Positions 62,200-64,000 of a DNA stretch of 64,000 nucleotides are shown one piece after another. This DNA comes from Mobula birostris. Lineage: Eukaryota. The stretch is from assembly GCF_030028105.1 (NCBI RefSeq), contig NC_092377.1, positions 4,655,079 through 4,719,078 on the forward strand, in the 5' to 3' direction. The position numbers and the translations under genes were made by a program. Numbering within the stretch: the first letter of the stretch is position 1; the number at the start of each line of letters is the position of its first letter. The notes beneath the pieces are model-generated. The model was not told the origin of the DNA, searched no databases, and saw nothing but the letters and a program-made list of their open reading frames with translations.

Positions 62200-63540
62200 T
62201 GGTGAAGGATTTAGATGAACCCACTCAATTTAAGACAAGGTTGGATAGGTTTTTGCATAGTCGGGGAATTAATCTAGGTGATGATAGAGATCTAGAAGAT
62301 TATAAGGCTAGCAGGGAGAAGCTTAAGAATGAAGTTAGGAGAGCTGGAAGGGGCCATGAGAAGGCCTTGGTGAGCAGGATTAAGGAAAACCCCAAGGCAT
62401 TCTATGAGTATGTGAAGATAATAGGATACGACGTGAGAGAATAGGACCAATCAAGCATGACGGTGGAAAAGTGTGTATGGAATTGGAGGAGATAGCAGAG
62501 GTATTTAATGAATACTTTCCTTCAGTATTCACTACAGAAAAGGATCTTGGCGATTGTGGGGGTGACTTACAGTTGACTGAAAAGCTTGAACATATAGACA
62601 TTAAGAAAGAGAATGTGCTGAAGTTTTAGGAAATCATTAAGCTGGATAAGTCACCGGGACCAGACGAGATGTACCAGCTACTATGGGAGGTGAGAGAGGA
62701 GATTGCTGAACATCTGGCATCATCAATGGTTCCCGTGGATTGGAGGGTTGCAGATGTTATTCCATTATTCGAAGAGTAGAGATAGCCCAGAAAACTATAG
62801 ACCAGTGAGTTTTACTTCAGTGGATGGAGAAGATCCTGAGGGGCAGGATTTATGAACATTTGGAGAGGTATAATATGATTAGTAAGTGCATGTTCGTCAA
62901 AGAATTGTGGCCGACGGGCCTGTATTGTGCTGTTGGTTTTATATGTTTCTATGTTTTCTAAAGGGCATACAACAAAGCAAAAAATTAGTGGGAAGATAGA
63001 GGATTGGGAAGTTTTTAAGGGTTATGGGGAAAAGGGAGGTAGGTGCAGATGAGTCCATGGCCATATCAGCTATGATCTTATTAAATGTCGAAGGGGGCTC
63101 AGTGGGCCAGATAGTCGACTCCTGCCCGTTTTTTCGAATGTTTTCATGTTAACGCTCCTTCCTCATTCAAACTTATTGATAATTCTACCACTCACTGAAC
63201 AGAAATCTGGAAGATGTTCGGAGACCACCTCCATGGGTTTCGGATAGTTTTGTCCAACTTAGTCAGGGAAGGGATGGTAGAGTGAAGGGACCATGTTTGA
63301 CAAGAGAAGTGGAACATCTAGTCAAGAGGAAGAAGGAAGTACTCTTAAAGTTTAGGCAGTAAAATATCAGACGGGGCTCTTGAGAGATATAAGGTCACCA
63401 GAAAGGATTTTCAGTTGGGACTTGGGAGAGCTGGAAGGAACCTTGGTGAGCAGGAATAAGGAAAACCTCAAGGCATTCTAACATACCTGAGGAACAGGAG
63501 AATGGCTGGACTGAGGGGAGGACTGATCAGGGATAAAGGG
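62200..63540 (+). mobile_element. Two deleted CR1 fragments
   Basis: KENPKAFYEYVK, gatagcccagaaaactatagaccagtgag, tail gttttatatgtttctatgtttt at about 62940. Confidence 0.7.
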
Positions 63541-63783
63541 AGAGATATTATCAACCGATGCAACATGGTCTTCAGAACTCTCTTGAAACTGTAACAGACC
63601 CCATGACCGCAGGGCTGTCAAACCATCAGAACCAGCCAGATATAACTGACCAATAGAAAACTGTAAATTAATCTTGGGGCTAAAATGTATTTAAATTTTA
63701 GGAATTGTTAAATGCTAGGGAAATATACTGCCTTGTATTGAGCTCCATAAATATACATTAATGTATACATATCCAACACACAG

Positions 63784-64000
63784 ATCCCGCGGATGATCCC
63801 GTCCTTGTGCAGGATCCACCAATCAGCAAGGTGCTGGAGGGTGTAACTGTCCAGCTCCACTGTGCCTTATATAATGCCAGTGTGAATGTCACCGATGTCC
63901 ACTGGTACCACCAGTGGCCTGGGAACAAGAGCGAGTGGGCGTTGAGTCACTTTGTGAATGACTCTGTGAGCAGGTCTGGGTATATTTCTGACCGCTTTCA
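63784..64000 (+). CDS. V3: third V-type Ig domain exon, cut by the window end
   Basis: After acacacag| (phase 1): PADDPVLVQDPPISKVLEGVTVQLHCALYNASVNVTDVHWYHQWPGNKSEWALSHFVNDSVSRSGYISDRF, open throughout, with the first Cys, the DVHWY and DRF motifs as in V1/V2. The acceptor has a weak pyrimidine tract; missed by the ORF track. Confidence 0.88.

Noticed and set aside
42-62601. The many short ORFs antisense to LINEs and the Pro/Ser/Leu-rich ORFs such as 4013-4324, 12878-13435 and 30950-31285
   Set aside because: They are shadow frames of CR1, Rex1 and Penelope sequence and recur wherever those repeats recur.
47378-63783. Constant-domain, transmembrane or separate leader exons between the V exons
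   Set aside because: I read the non-repeat stretches (47378-47860, 60850-61035, 61381-61820, 63540-63783) and found no C1 motifs or ATG-hydrophobic-GT exon. A very short or divergent exon could have been missed by eye.

Overview
Eukaryotic genomic DNA, mostly transposable elements. The repeat set (CR1 LINEs with (TTCTATG)n tails, Rex1/Babar-like LINEs, Penelope-like elements, RTE, L1, R4/Dong, Tc1, hAT, solo LTRs, a tRNA-derived SINE) suggests a cartilaginous fish, probably a ray (inference). Almost every ORF in the supplied track is a TE fragment or an antisense shadow of one. The only host-gene signal is on the + strand. It comprises an Ig-type signal-peptide exon (18442-18490) behind a cluster of Ets/PU.1- and Runx-like motifs, and three phase-1 exons that each encode an antigen-receptor-type V domain: 47015-47377, 61036-61380, and 63784 to the window end. 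The two complete exons have the J segment already fused in the germline. I found no RSS, constant-domain exon or separate leader between them, so the simplest reading is a non-rearranging, tandem multi-VJ-domain receptor or secreted protein. The second domain has TGA in place of its invariant second cysteine. Other notable items: a class I endogenous retrovirus remnant (integrase plus env start) split by a TSD-flanked hAT transposon; about 210-bp TSD-flanked Penelope-derived hairpin insertions, one with an intact minimal hammerhead ribozyme core; a 1.8-kb solo LTR with a two-tier tandem array; and several multi-level nested insertions. All calls were made by reading the sequence, with no database search. 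TE boundaries are approximate unless a TSD is quoted.
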